Under the pieces are notes generated by a model. That model saw only the letters and a list, made by a program, of their open reading frames with translations, made no database searches and was not told the DNA's origin. DNA of 64,000 nucleotides from Octopus vulgaris (Eukaryota), in contig OX597826.1 of NCBI GenBank assembly GCA_951406725.2, forward strand, positions 47,926,001-47,990,000, written 5' to 3'. The first letter of the stretch is position 1. Each line of letters starts with the position of its first letter. Of the stretch, positions 26,023 through 39,329 are shown one piece after another. Made by a program: the position numbers and the translations under genes.

Positions 26023-26615
26023 GTTATCATTATCCTAATTATTGTTGTTGTAGTTATTATCATCATCATTATTATTATCATTATTATCATAATTATTATT
26101 ATTGTTGTTGTTGTTGTTGTTGTTGTTATTATTGTCATTATTATTATTATCATTATTATGATTATTATTATGTTTGGAGTGTATAATGAATGGCTATTCT
26201 TTTTTGTTTTAATACCATTGTTGTCCGATGTCGAATGTCACTACTATTGTTGGCAATGTTCCCAGTAGTATTGTTGTCCCTAGAACCAACATCACAATCA
26301 CTGCAAATGACTGCTGTCATCGTTGTCTTCATCGTTGTCATCATCATCAGTGTCACACCCATCATCAACATCAGTGCCATCATCATGATCACCACAACCA
26401 CCACCACCATCATCATCATCATCAGTGTCACACCCATCATCAACATTAGTGCCATCATCATGATCACCACAACCATCACTACCATCATCATCATCATCAG
26501 TTTCATCATCATCCCCATCACCACCAATAGTAGCATTGCCATTATCCCCATGACCACTGTGATGACCATCCTCCTTCTTCTCTTCATCATCATCATCCTC
26601 ATCATCATCACTGTT
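25825..26615. repeat. (TTA)n/(TCA)n/(TTG)n triplet field containing a 75 bp tandem duplication (about 26345-26490)
   Basis: CATCAGTGTCACACCCATCATCAACAT(C/T)AGTGCCATCATCATGATCACCACAACCA occurs twice. Confidence 0.9.
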
Positions 26616-26834
26616 GTTCATTTTTGTTTTGTTTTTTGTTTTTTAATATTTTGTACTTTCTGGAGATTAATTTTTCTTATATATCACAATACCAGTCATA
26701 TATACTATTGCAGCCAATGGAATATAAAATATTCCCATGCCTAGAGGTAATTACTTGTGTCAGTTGCCACCCTAATTTGTTCAAATTCTGACAAACTCCA
26801 CTTTTGCTTCCATTCTTTTGATATCCACAAATAA

Positions 26835-27037
26835 ATACTAGGCCCAAGATTTTATGGGGGGGGGGGGGTCTAGCTGATTCCATTGACGCCATAGCTTGAC
26901 TGGTATTTATTACATCAACCTTGAAAGTGTGGAAGGCAAAGTTGACCTTGGTGGAATTTGAACTCAGAATGTAAAGACAGATGAAATGCTGCTAAGCATT
27001 TTGCCTGGCATTCTAATGATTCTACTAGCTTGCTGCC

Positions 27038-27093
<56 letters not shown>

Positions 27094-27303
27094 CATAATA
27101 ATAAAAAGGATAATAATAATCTTTTCTACTCTAGGCACAAGGCCTGAAATTTTTGGGAAGGGGGCCAGTCGATTAGATCGGGCCCCAGTATGCAACTGGT
27201 ACTTAATTTATCGACCCAAAAAGATGAAAGGCAAAGTCAACCTCGGTGGAATACTGCTAAGCATTTTGCCTGGCGTGCTAACATTTCTGCCAGCTCACCG
27301 CCT
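26835..27303 (-). mobile_element. Two SINE family A copies (tail B) separated by (TAA)n
   Basis: Core motifs at 26930-26970 and 27220-27250; the second copy has an internal deletion. Confidence 0.85.
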
Positions 27304-27307
27304 TATT

Positions 27308-27393
<86 letters not shown>

Positions 27394-27419
27394 TAATAAT
27401 AATAATAATATTAATAATA

Positions 27420-27486
<67 letters not shown>

Positions 27487-27506
27487 TAATAATAATAATA
27501 ATAATA

Positions 27507-27595
27507 ACTAGAAAAGCACTTGGAGAGCACAGACCTCCACCAAGCAGCTCATTTCCACCCATATACACGCGTGCTGAAAATCGCCCAATTTCCCA
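27507..27595 (-). mobile_element. 3' end of a Helentron/Helitron-related non-autonomous element
   Basis: Minus strand GGTGGAGGTCTGTGCTCTCCAAGTGCTTTTCTAG-TT: short hairpin then CTAG terminus; family resemblance from recall. Confidence 0.45.
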
Positions 27596-27902
27596 AACCA
27601 GTGGATTTGGTTCACAGAAACTGAAAGAAGCCCATTGTGTGTGTATGTGTGTGTGTGTATATACACACATATATATGTGTATGTATATATGTCTTTGTGT
27701 CTGTTCTTTTCTCCCCATCACCCCTTGACAACCGGTGTTGGGGTATTTACATCTCTGTAACTTAGCAGTTCAGTAAAAGATACCAATAGTGTAAATAGTA
27801 GGCTTTAAAAAAATAATTCCTGAGGTCTAATTGTTTGACTAAGAACCTTCAAGATGGTGCTCAAGCATGGCCACAATCAAATGACTGAAACAAGTAAAAG
27901 AA
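27596..27902 (+). mobile_element. SINE family B, 5'-truncated
   Basis: GTGGATTTGG...AACTGAAAGAAGCCC, internal (TG)n, canonical 3' end. Confidence 0.85.
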
Positions 27903-27910
27903 TATTTATA

Positions 27911-28135
27911 CTGGGTTGTCCGAAAAGTTTGTGCCGATTTTTAAATGTAAGAAAAAGGTAAATAAATATTTGCTATTACATTTTTAATCAACAAAATATG
28001 AATCATTTTGTTGCACAATGCATCTCCATCTTTCTTTTAACTTGAAAATACCCTTTTCCCAGAACTGAGTTGCCTGGGAGGGTAAGTCGAAAGGTAAGCT
28101 TCTATAAATCGGCATGAACTTTCTGGACAACCCAA
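27911..28135 (-). mobile_element. Mariner deletion derivative (MITE, 225 bp)
   Basis: TIRs of about 30 bp (CTGGGTTGTCCGAAAAGTTTGTGCCGATTT and TTGGGTTGTCCAGAAAGTTCATGCCGATTT); TA flanks; minus strand retains QFWEKGIFKLKERWRCIVQQNDSYFVD*. Confidence 0.9.
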
Positions 28136-28534
28136 TACATAGCACATGTTTAGATGCTGGTCCCTATAATATATGCCATGACTTCAACCATTTATGGTGA
28201 CAGTGTGTTCGATACACTTGGTTCACTGGCACATGGCATTCCGAGACACTGGTGTTACAACATGTATCTTGTCAGATAGAAGCTGCCAAAACTTTAAGCC
28301 TAAATGAAGCTGCTGGGCTGCTGTTTTTTTTTTTATTCTTTCAGTTAACAAATTCTTTGCTGATCAGTGCTTCTTTCTGTCAATCTTATTTCATTAGTGT
28401 TTTTGTTATTTAATGATTTTGGTTATTTTACTGATTTTTCTGCTTTATTTTTTTTCTTTACATGTGTGAAATCTCAAGAAATTGCTGGTGCTATCTTTCC
28501 TTTCAGTTTTGTCAATGAAACTAAAATAAATTAT

Positions 28535-28718
28535 GATTTCAAATTTTGGCACAAGGCCAGCAGTTTTTATGGGAGTCTGCACTTTATTTTATCAACTCTA
28601 AAAGAATGAAAAGCAAAGTTGATCTTGGCATGATTTGAACACAAAATGTAAAGTATTAGAAGAAATACTACAAATATCTTTGTCCAACACATTAATGATT
28701 CTGCCAACTCACTGCCTT
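28535..28718 (-). mobile_element. SINE family A, diverged
   Basis: AAAGCAAAGTTGATCTTGGCATGATTTGAAC core; GATTCTGCCAACTC head. Confidence 0.7.
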
Positions 28719-29474
28719 AAAACTAGAATAAATTAAATAAATTACATGATTTTCTTAATTAGAATATTTATCAAATTCATGATATCTAGGTTAGATTTTG
28801 ATGATTAATGCCATATTGTACCTGATCACGCAAATATATTTTATTCAGAAACTACATCTAGGACTAAATTACCCAACGTGTTCTAATATTTTTAATACAG
28901 TATGGTGTGATTTTAAGGGAGATCTTGTTCCTATCTTTTAATAGATAGAATGATCTCATAGAGGCCTCATATCGTTGGGTCTACTCCAGATCAGTTTACA
29001 ATATAGATATAATAACAGAAGATCTTATTGGGTAACCTGAATTGAAGAGGTGAAGCTAGTGTTTTATCTCACACAGGAAGTTAGCAGAGAGAAATAAACA
29101 ATGAAGAGTATCAGATTATAAACTGTACTTTGAGATAATTGTAGCACTTTATTTCATGGACAGTTCCTTGTTACATCTATCATATCTTATTTTGTTATTT
29201 CTAAACTGTTTTAGAATATGAATACATTTGTATGCCGTAGGGGAGATGTGTGTTCTGATAGAGCAGAATAACAATTTTTTTTTCTCTCCCATAACCAAAT
29301 ATCTGGGCATTCTCAAATGGTTAACATTTGAAGTCCTTATTCTACATGTTATTAATTTTTATCAATTCAATTTTTATCTAAAATTTACCCACTAATTTTC
29401 AGAGACTCTGGCTTTATCTGTTTTTGCAAAGTTTGCAATATGTTTATAATATAATGGGAACAGGCATGGTTTGT

Positions 29475-29885
29475 AGGTGCAGGTATGATTGTGCGATAAG
29501 AAGTATGCTTCCCAACTAAATGGTTCTAGGTTCAGTCCCACTGCGTGGCATCTTTGACTACTATAGTCTTGGGCCAACCAAAGCCTTGTGAGTGGATTTG
29601 GTTGATGAATATTAGAAGAAGCCCATCATATAATATATAAGTGTGTGTGTGTCTTTGTGTCTGTGTTTGTCTTCTACCACTACCTGACAACCATTGTTGG
29701 TGTGTTTATGTCTCCATAACTTAGTGGTTTGACAAAAGGGACCGATAAAATAAGTACCAGGCTTTAAAACAAACATAAATAAGTAAATAAGTACTGGGAT
29801 CGATTCCTTCAGCTAAAAATTGTCCAATGCAGTGGTGCCCCAGCATGGCCACAGTCTAATGATAGAAACAAGTAAAAGATAAAAA
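29475..29885 (+). mobile_element. SINE family B
   Basis: GGTTCAGTCCCACTGCGTGGCA, AAAGCCTTGTGAGTGGATTTGG, CCAGCATGGCCACAGTC. Confidence 0.85.
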
Positions 29886-30370
29886 ATAGAAGATGATATT
29901 TTTATCTAAAATTTAGTAAGAAATAGAATGGTGGCACTGGTCATTTTATGGCAAAATCTCAGAGGCTGCTTGTAGATGAAAGGTAACTACAACTCAAAGG
30001 GTTATCGACAGAAGAGGAACCTGGTGCAAATGCTTGAGTAGAGGGCACTTTGCTAAAAGCACCCCATAGCCAAAGTAGTGATGTTCAGACCAAGTTATGG
30101 ATTTAGACTTCAGGAATGGGTTTATTAGGAACAAAAAACGATGTGTTGGGATGATCTAGCCTTTCCTAAGACCATTAAGAAGAAATGATAAAACAGAAGA
30201 AAGTTAAGATGAGATGCTAAAATAAAACGATATCAAAGTCTGATATTCGATTAACCAACAACTTATGACCAGCACTAAGTTCTTTACTGTCCTCCCATCA
30301 ATATTTAATTCCAGAAATGTATGTATAGATTTATTTTGGCCTGACAAAACATCTGAATTAACTGATTCTA

Positions 30371-30409
<39 letters not shown>

Positions 30410-30578
30410 GAAAAAGGAAACAAAATAGCCTTATCAAATTAACACCAACATGTCATCAGCCCTTATTTTATTAATCCCTGGTGGGATATCAGGCAAAATT
30501 AAACAAAACACCAAAAAACTGCTAAAGATAGAAAGGACTAAACTAAATACTGCCAAGCATTTATTCAACCCCGACTTT

Positions 30579-30683
<105 letters not shown>

Positions 30684-30776
30684 TTGGCAATTCCCTGCCC
30701 TTCAAATCATAAATATAAAAATTCTAAATCAATAACACACAAACTCTTACACACAGTAAAATATATATTTATATAC

Positions 30777-30807
<31 letters not shown>

Positions 30808-31698
30808 CTTTTTCCTGTTGTTGTTTGAGTATTGGAAACAAGCCTGTATAATTTAGTAATATCCATGTAGTTTTCCAGTTATCTGTGACCTCAAACAGTC
30901 TATTATTAAAAACAGAAAAAAAAAGCTTATTTTGTTTCATGCAAATAGAAAAGAATAGAAACAAAATAACAGCTTTTTGCATATGCACACAACATAATAA
31001 CTTTGGCACTTTATATTCTCCTTGGCTAGCGCCTCGACATAACAGCATGTTAATCCCAGTTGATTAAATAAGCTTCTTACGAAAAGATTTCAGATTTACA
31101 ACAGATGTGTAATATCATAGACCACAGCTCTGTGTTTGAAACTTATCTTTATTCACTTAGCACTAAGGTCGATTGTGGAGGTGAGATAGCTGTGTAGTGT
31201 AAGGTGTTGGTGACCACCTATCAGCCCACGTTCATAAAGGCCACTAGTTCAAATCTCGTTCAGGTATCTTGTTTTGTTGTATTTCTGGTCAGATCTTTTT
31301 ATTCTACTTTGTCTCAGCCTACTCCAACACCTGAAGTACTTTGACAATGACCCTGATTGATTGTCATGGATTATCATCGATTACGTTTGAACCCATTAGA
31401 TGAATTGCGGTGTCCATATAGTGTCCAAATCTTCAAAATGTTTCTCTCTTTTTGATACAGTTGAAACATTCCCACCAAAGATTTCTAATTTCATCCAAAC
31501 TGTGTGTGCAAAAGATCTTGCAGTACTTAGAAAGTAGGCAATTTTTAAATCGCTGTGTTCCACACATGTCTTTTTATTTCTTGTGTTGGCATTTTATCTG
31601 CTGTTGGGGAGGGGATCTGAAAGAAATAAAAACCATCTAATTGGTTTAAAGAAAGTAATATACTATAATTAAACATCCTCAAATACTCTTCATACCCT

Positions 31699-31736
<38 letters not shown>

Positions 31737-31844
31737 ACACACAGAGACACACTCGTATATAAATATATATATATATATACATAATTATATATACATACAG
31801 TCGCACATAAATATATATATATATACATATTTGTACAATATATA

Positions 31845-32215
31845 TATAAGAAGTTTGCTTCTGAACTACATGGGTCTGAGTTCAGCCCCACTGTGTAGCA
31901 ACTTGGGCAAGTGACCTTTAGTAAAGCTCCAGGTCAACCAAAGCCTTGTGCATAGATTTGGTAGATGGGAACTGAAAAAATGTTCGTCATCTGCATGTAT
32001 ATATGTAAGTGTCTTTGTGTCTGTGTTTGTTCCCCATCACCACTTGATAACCAGTATTGGTTTGTTTGCGTCCTTATGACTTAGTGTTTCGACAAAAAAA
32101 AGTGGCCAATAGAATAAGTACCAGGTTTTAAAAAAGAATGAGTATCAGAGCTGATTTGGTTGCTCATACTCTCAAAGGTGGTACCCCAGCATGACCGCAG
32201 TCCAATAAGCAATAC
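31845..32215 (+). mobile_element. SINE family B, diverged
   Basis: Same ordered motifs as other family B copies. Confidence 0.8.
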
Positions 32216-32935
32216 AAGGAAAAAGCAAACTGTACATACACCCACACACGTGTCTAGTGTTGAAGAAAGAATATTCAATATCATTGTAGGCATTTACATT
32301 TAATAATGTTTATATTTTGGATGAGTCTGTCTCTTGCTACTCAGGAATATTAGAGTTTGCCTGTGCACTCAACATGTTCATTAGGCAAGTTAGAGCTATT
32401 ACGATGTGCTAAGAGAGACTTGGCTGCTATTTCTAGTATTTCAAGTGATCCCATTGAGGTACCCTTATTAGTTTGTATAGTTTTGAAACATATATTTTTC
32501 TTAAACAAAAAGATCTCATAACAGAATTTGAACTGAATATAAATTTTACTGAATGATTTCATAGGTTAGACGACAAACGTAAAATAACAGCTTCTCTCTA
32601 CTAAATATGGTGTGCATAACATTAATAAATGCTGTGGAGAATGGACGGGGTAAATTTGGAATTCTATAGCCATTATTTACGACTCACCTTTCAGGGTGGT
32701 AATCAGTGAACTTAAGCAATGTCTTTTTTTAACTTTGCCCCCTGGGAATCTCATCTTTAAGCACCAGTATTTCTCTCCAAGTATTATTGCTTGTCATGAA
32801 ATACATTCAACAACTAACATAAACATATTACTAAAATATTCCCTCTGGGATCCTACCCACCTATTTTTTTACGAGTGATGTAAATACATATATACATACA
32901 TACATAGTACATACGTATATATGTATGTGTGCATG

Positions 32936-32979
<44 letters not shown>

Positions 32980-33266
32980 CAAAATAAGCAACAAGGATAT
33001 CCAAGGTAATGTAGTACAATCGTTTCATGCTACTTCATTTTATTAAACAATGCAAGTATTACATCAGTTTTAAAATGTAGAGTAATCTTCAGCCACATAT
33101 AGAATTTTTTAAATTGAATAGACAATGTACATTTTTATACTTATTCCATTTGCCAACATTACAAACGATGGTAGATATATATACAGAGAGGTTAATTTCA
33201 TCATTAAGAACATGGTAGTAGAAGGTCCTTCCCTATGTGTAAATTTTTTTTATAAATTTTGCTGAA

Positions 33267-33311
<45 letters not shown>

Positions 33312-33399
33312 CCCACACACATATACTTGTATACATATATTCAAATACATATATATGTATATATTTATATACATATGTTTATGCAAATATTATGTGTGT

Positions 33400-33760
33400 G
33401 TGGAGGCAAAATGGCCCAGTGGTTAGGGCAGCGGACTCGCGGTCATAGGATCGCGGTCTCGAATGTTTATTGGGCGAAAACACCTAAAGCTCCATGAAAC
33501 TCCAGCAGGGGGTGGTGGTGAACCCTGCTGTACTCTTTCACCACACCTTTCTCTCACACTTTCTTCCTGTTTCTGTTGTACTTGTATTTCAAAGGGCCAC
33601 CTTTGTCACACTCTGTGTCACGCTGAATCTCCCCGAGAACTACATTAAGGGTGCACGCGTCTGTGGATTGCTCAGCCACTTGGACGTTTATTTCACGAGC
33701 AGGCTGTTCCGTTGATCGGATCAACTGGAACCCTCGTCGTCGTAACCGACGGAGTGCCAC
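33400..33760 (+). mobile_element. SINE family C, tail Y, short deletion after the B box
   Basis: Matches the reverse complement of 54556-54934. Confidence 0.9.
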
Positions 33761-33824
33761 GATGTGTGTGTGTGTATGTATATGAAAACACACACACACA
33801 TTTACGCACGCATATTCACACAAC

Positions 33825-34392
33825 GAATTTGTTGCTGTGTTCAAGAAGGAAGACTGTGCTGATTTGGTCATGTGATACGGATGGATCCCGAGAGCTGCAT
33901 AAAGAAGTGCTGATTTCTCAAAATAGATGAAATCCATGGAAGTGGGAGACCTAGGAAGAGATGGAACGAAGTACTGAAAAATGATCTCAGACGCTGAACC
34001 GTCATTCAAAGACCGAGATACCTAGCGCCTTGCTTTAGTCAAGAAAGCCTGTACCATGCAACAGAAGCGTTAAGACCAGTTCCCCTGGTGGCGAGGATAG
34101 ACCTGCAAGAGTCCTGCGCTGGGGCCACATAAAGGCACCTGTGCAGTGCCACGTAAAAGCGTCCATGCAGATCCACGTAAAAGCACTAGTGCGGCGGCAC
34201 GTATAACGCCCGTGCGGCGCCATGTAAAACGATCCACCACACTCTGTAAGTAGTTGGCGTTAAGAAGGACATCCAACAGTAGAAATCATGTCAAATCAGA
34301 TTGGAGTCTGACGCAACTCCTCGGCTAGCCAGCTCTGGTCAAGCCGTCCAACCCATGCCAGCATGGACAATGGACGTTAAATGATGATGATG
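33825..34392 (+). mobile_element. RTE-clade LINE 3' fragment with 3' UTR and (TGA)n tail
   Basis: Reads RLC*FGHVIRMD...GSGRPRKRWNEVLKNDL; UTR has short CCACGTAAAAGC repeats; ends AACCCATGCCAGCATGGACAATGGACGTTAAATGATGATG; the same terminus occurs at 8020-8070 (+) and 36684-36730 (-). Confidence 0.8.
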
Positions 34393-35499
34393 GTGTATGT
34401 GTATACACATATATGTATACAAGTATATACATATATATACACGTATACATATATATATACATATATATATACATGTGAGCATACAGAGAGAGAGAGAGAT
34501 ATATACGGGTATATATAAAGTGTGTGTGCGTGCGTGTGTGTGTGTGTGTGTGTTGATAGAATGATATGCATAAGAGTAGATATAGCTGTTTGGTTAAGAA
34601 GCTCGCTTTGCAAACACGTTGCTTCAGGTTCAGTCCCATTGTACAGTACCTTGGACAAGTCTCTTCTACTATAGCATGAGCCAACCAATGCATTGTGATT
34701 GAATTTCCCAGATGGAACCTGTGTGGAAGCATTATGTGTGTGTGTATGTGTGTGTTGTGTGTGTTGTGTGTAAACCTACATGATAGAAATACAAACATGG
34801 TGAATTTAGCTTTAAAGAAATTATCACCAGCCTTAGCCGATTTTCAAGCCTTATTGATCTCTCATCAGAGGTATCTACATTTGACAAACTCAAGAGAAAT
34901 AAGCAGTCAACAAATAAGCACACAACAAATTCAAGAGCTTCAGAAAACAGCAGCAACTAATCTGCATACCAAAAGTTTTTAACACTTATATATACATACA
35001 CACGCAATAAACATTGGATATGTAGTAGAGAAGTTCATTTCACCACCACGTGGTTTGGGATTCAGTTTCACTGCACATCACTTTGGACAAGTAGCTTCTA
35101 CTTTAACTCCAGTCAACCAGCACTTTTTGAGTGGATTTGGTGGACAAAAACTGCACACATATAGACACACGCAAACATACCATTGTATGTATGCGCGCGT
35201 GGTGTGTTTGTGCGTGTGTTTTCATGATGTCGCATGCTAATTGTAAACAAATGTCACTGTCATAAAAGCGATGTCAATTTTTTGCGGTCTTCTGCGAAAA
35301 GCATGTCGGATAATTACATTGCTCGTGTGTGAAAAGAAAAAAAACTGGGGGTAGGAAAATGGCAACTTACTTGGAAACAAGTTAGAGATGGCAGCAGAAA
35401 GAGCAGCTGGTCGTAGAATATCTACATCAACAAATTTCTTATGCAAACGTAGAAAGTGTACATTAAAATGATGATGACGACGACGACGACGACGACGAC

Positions 35500-35539
<40 letters not shown>

Positions 35540-35645
35540 ATGATGATGTCGATGATGATGGTGACAATGGTGATGATGACGATGATGATGATGATGATGA
35601 TGAAATATATATGTCTATGTATGTATATATATGATTGTATATATG

Positions 35646-35686
<41 letters not shown>

Positions 35687-35828
35687 ATATGTATGTATAT
35701 ATATGTACGTTTATATATGTATATATATTACGTGTGTATATATGTGCGTGTGTATGTACATATAAATATGAAAGTACCTATATATGCGAGTGTGCCCATA
35801 GGCGCACCAACGGATGCACGCACACACA

Positions 35829-35865
<37 letters not shown>

Positions 35866-36389
35866 ACACACACACACACGTACATTCACTAATTACCACA
35901 ACTATATTTGCTCCTTTTGCTAATTTTATCCCAATTCTAATCTAAACATCTCTTTCCATATAGTGCCCACCCTCCAGCCTCTTACCAACTCCATTACTTC
36001 TCTTCTTACCCTTAAGTACCATACATAGCAGCTTTGCCTTCCAAATCCTTGTGTTACCATTTTTATCTTCATATATTCCACCCAATTCTATATCGTCAAT
36101 AACATTATTATTCCAACGCCATATCCGTTCTTCACAGAAATCAGTCAAAGTACCCAGGGGAAGTTTTTAAGGGTTTCTCTTTTCCTCTTTGCAAGTATAA
36201 GGTTTATGATATTTATGAGTAGGGTATAATGATGCTTGTGATATTCATGCCTTTCCGCATAGTGTTTAGTTTAGCTACGTAAGTGAAGCAAAATGAGGTT
36301 CTTTACAATAACCCTTGGAGCAAGTCCTTACTCTTCGGAACAGTATTTTTCTGGAATCTTCTCCCTGCTAATGTCTTTCCTTTTATCTT

Positions 36390-36617
36390 TTAAATTTTAC
36401 TTGTTTCTGTCATTAGACTGCGGCTATGCTGGGGCACCACCTTGAAGAATTTTTAGTCGAATGGAACAATCCCTATATTTTCTTTTGTTAAGCCTGGTAC
36501 TAATCCTATTGGTCGCTTTTGCCAAACCGCTAAGTCACAGGGACGTAAACACACCAACAGTGGTTGCCAAGTAGTGGTGGAGACAAGCATACACAAACTC
36601 ACACAAATATATATATA

Positions 36618-36684
<67 letters not shown>

Positions 36685-36935
36685 TCATCATCGTTTAACG
36701 TCCACCTCCCATGCTGGCATGGGTGGAGCAGTTTAACAGGAGTCAGCCAGGCAGAAACCTGCACCAAACTTCTGTGACTGTTTTTGGCAAGATATTTACA
36801 GCTGGATGCCCTTCTCAACACCAACCAACCAACCACCCACCCAGCAGAGTAGCCTACATATATGTGTGTGTGTGTACAAGATGAGCTTCTTTCAGTTTCC
36901 ATCTACCGTATCCCACTCACAAGGCTTTGGTCAAC
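36390..36935 (-). mobile_element. SINE family B with a nested RTE-type 3' fragment (36684-36835)
   Basis: Family B 3' half at 36390-36600 and body at 36880-36935; RTE-type tail inserted in the internal microsatellite. Confidence 0.8.
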
Positions 36936-37045
36936 AGCCTCAAGCTCGTCGGTCACGTGGTGTGTGTTGCAAGTAAAGAAAAATATAACTTCAACTATTA
37001 AAACAACAGCTACTACTACTGCTGCTGCTGCTACTGCTGCTGCTG

Positions 37046-37080
<35 letters not shown>

Positions 37081-37227
37081 GCTTCTGCTGCTGTTGCTGC
37101 TACTACTACTACTACTACTACTACTGCTGCTGCTACTACTGCTGCTGCTGCTATTACTACTACTACTACTACTACTACTACATAGTAGTCTCTCGGGTCT
37201 GGGAAAGATGGTACTGCAGTTCTTAAT

Positions 37228-37457
37228 TTATTTACTGCCCACAAGGAGCTTAACATAGAGGGGACAAACAAGGACAGACAAACGGATTAAGTCGATTATA
37301 TCGACCCCAGTGCGTAACTGGTACTTAATTTATCGACCCCGAAGAGATGAAAGGCAAAGTCGATCTCGGCGGAATTTGAACCCAGGACGTAGCGGCAGAC
37401 GAAATACCGCTAAGCATTTCGCCCGGTGTGCTAACGTTTCTGCCAGCTCTCCGCCTT
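37228..37457 (-). mobile_element. Young full-length SINE family A (tail A)
   Basis: Close match to the reverse complement of 8641-8871. Confidence 0.92.
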
Positions 37458-37695
37458 ATGGTTTATAGTGATCAAATGTTCGTGCAGCACATTAGCTCAC
37501 CCGCTCCATCGAATCGCCATTTCCTGTAGAACGGGGAACGGTGGTGCAACACGATATATGTCGAAGTGATCGCATGCAAAGCAACGTGAGAAGTGATTTT
37601 CAAGAACACAACGCACCACCCGTTTCAGGAATCGAACCTACGATCTCCCTTGAGCGTGAGCTTAGCATCTTTACTACTAGGCCATGCGCCCTCAC
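37458..37695 (-). mobile_element. SINE family D-related copy
   Basis: CAAGAACACAACGC..GGAATCGAACC..CTAGGCCATGCGCCCTC; homologous to 45140-45180 plus 45567-45762. Confidence 0.75.
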
Positions 37696-37717
37696 ACTAC
37701 TACTACCACTACTACTG

Positions 37718-37768
<51 letters not shown>

Positions 37769-39108
37769 TAGTAGCAATATCAATGGCCTCTGTTTCTCGA
37801 AACTGGCAGGTCCCATACCTCCACCAATTAGGTAACCCTGACCCGCACACCATCTCTCATCACTATCGTTGTGCCCAGCCACCTCGAGACTACATCACCA
37901 AAAATAGGCATCTTCCTCCTCAGAACATTGACCCTTCTGGACTCTGTTCTCTGTCCATGTCTTTCCTGCAGGTGCTGATCTGCAATAGTTTAAACGGAAT
38001 ATTAACGGTATCGATCACTGGTCATAGGAACTGCAATGACCACTGGTACTATCTTGTACCTTCAAATCATTGTTGTTGCATCCACTTTCCCATCATGACA
38101 CTGCACTAATCACTATCCCTAATTCTTCTTCGCCAGAACCTCATACCTCTGGACACTCCTCCCTATTTAGGTCTTTCTTGCTGGTCGTGTGTTCCCATTA
38201 TTGGTATCAAGTTCCTCACCGGTCTTGATATAGTGCCCATGATCTGCAACGATCATGGACACTATATCACTTCACCACCCATCATACTTGTTTCATATGA
38301 GTGTCCAGCTTACCGATCTTGAAGGGTCAACAAAATTCAAGGGCACTGACCCTTCTGCCAGGATCAGCAAGTAAAAAGCAGAAGAAAAAAGAAAAGAAAG
38401 CTGACAGCAACGCAGTATACGACTTACAGTAGATTTAGAACTCAAACTCTATAGGTTGATATTCCAGCATTACATCCACTGAGCCAATTAAGCGTTAGCC
38501 ATTCACCCTTTAGCCTTCATAGGGTATCAACTTAGAAAACAGTCTTGTACGAGTTTATTTAATAAACTCTAAAGTAGGGCAATGAAAACTTGTATAACTA
38601 AGATGACATTTATTTCCTAAAACAGATCAGATCGGCATTGTATTTCTTTTCCTTTTCCAGAAAAAACAAAAAAAAAATTTGTTTTAAATTTTCATTTCAT
38701 TTTATCACTTTGCCTAAAGCTTCCAGGAGTGACCTTTTATCATTTACACAGCCATTAATATCTATAGCCTGCAGTATTATATCCTCCGAATTGCTATTCA
38801 ATGTTGTTTTTTTCCCCTGTTATATATATGTATGTATATATATATATGTATGCATGGATGTATGTATGTGCGTATGTATGTGTGTGTGTCTATATGTTTA
38901 TATGTATTATGTATGTATATGTAGTTGTAATCAGTGTCACAAGATATGTTATTGTGTTCATATGATCTTTTGTGTGAAAGAAAAATGACGAAACTAAAGG
39001 AAAGTTTTCAAGGAATTTTTAGAGAAGTCACCAGAAGGAAAAAAGAGTAACAAACACGACAAAAATATAAAACACTCCAAAAGTATTTATAACAACTACC
39101 ATTATTAC

Positions 39109-39162
<54 letters not shown>

Positions 39163-39250
39163 CATTATTATTATTATTATTTCTTTATGCTTCATTCGTT
39201 AACAACACTTTTTTTGAAAATTGTTTCATAGTTATAATTACTATTTTATT

Positions 39251-39313
<63 letters not shown>

Positions 39314-39329
39314 TCCTTTTCAAAGTGTA

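Noticed and set aside
25715-26744. Hydrophobic poly-Ile/Leu/Met and poly-His ORFs (also 49389-50795)
   Set aside because: Trinucleotide microsatellite translations.
34797-34982. ORF ending IQELQKTAATNLHTKSF, reminiscent of an RLE LINE C-terminus
   Set aside because: Similarity is limited to a few residues; not enough for a feature.
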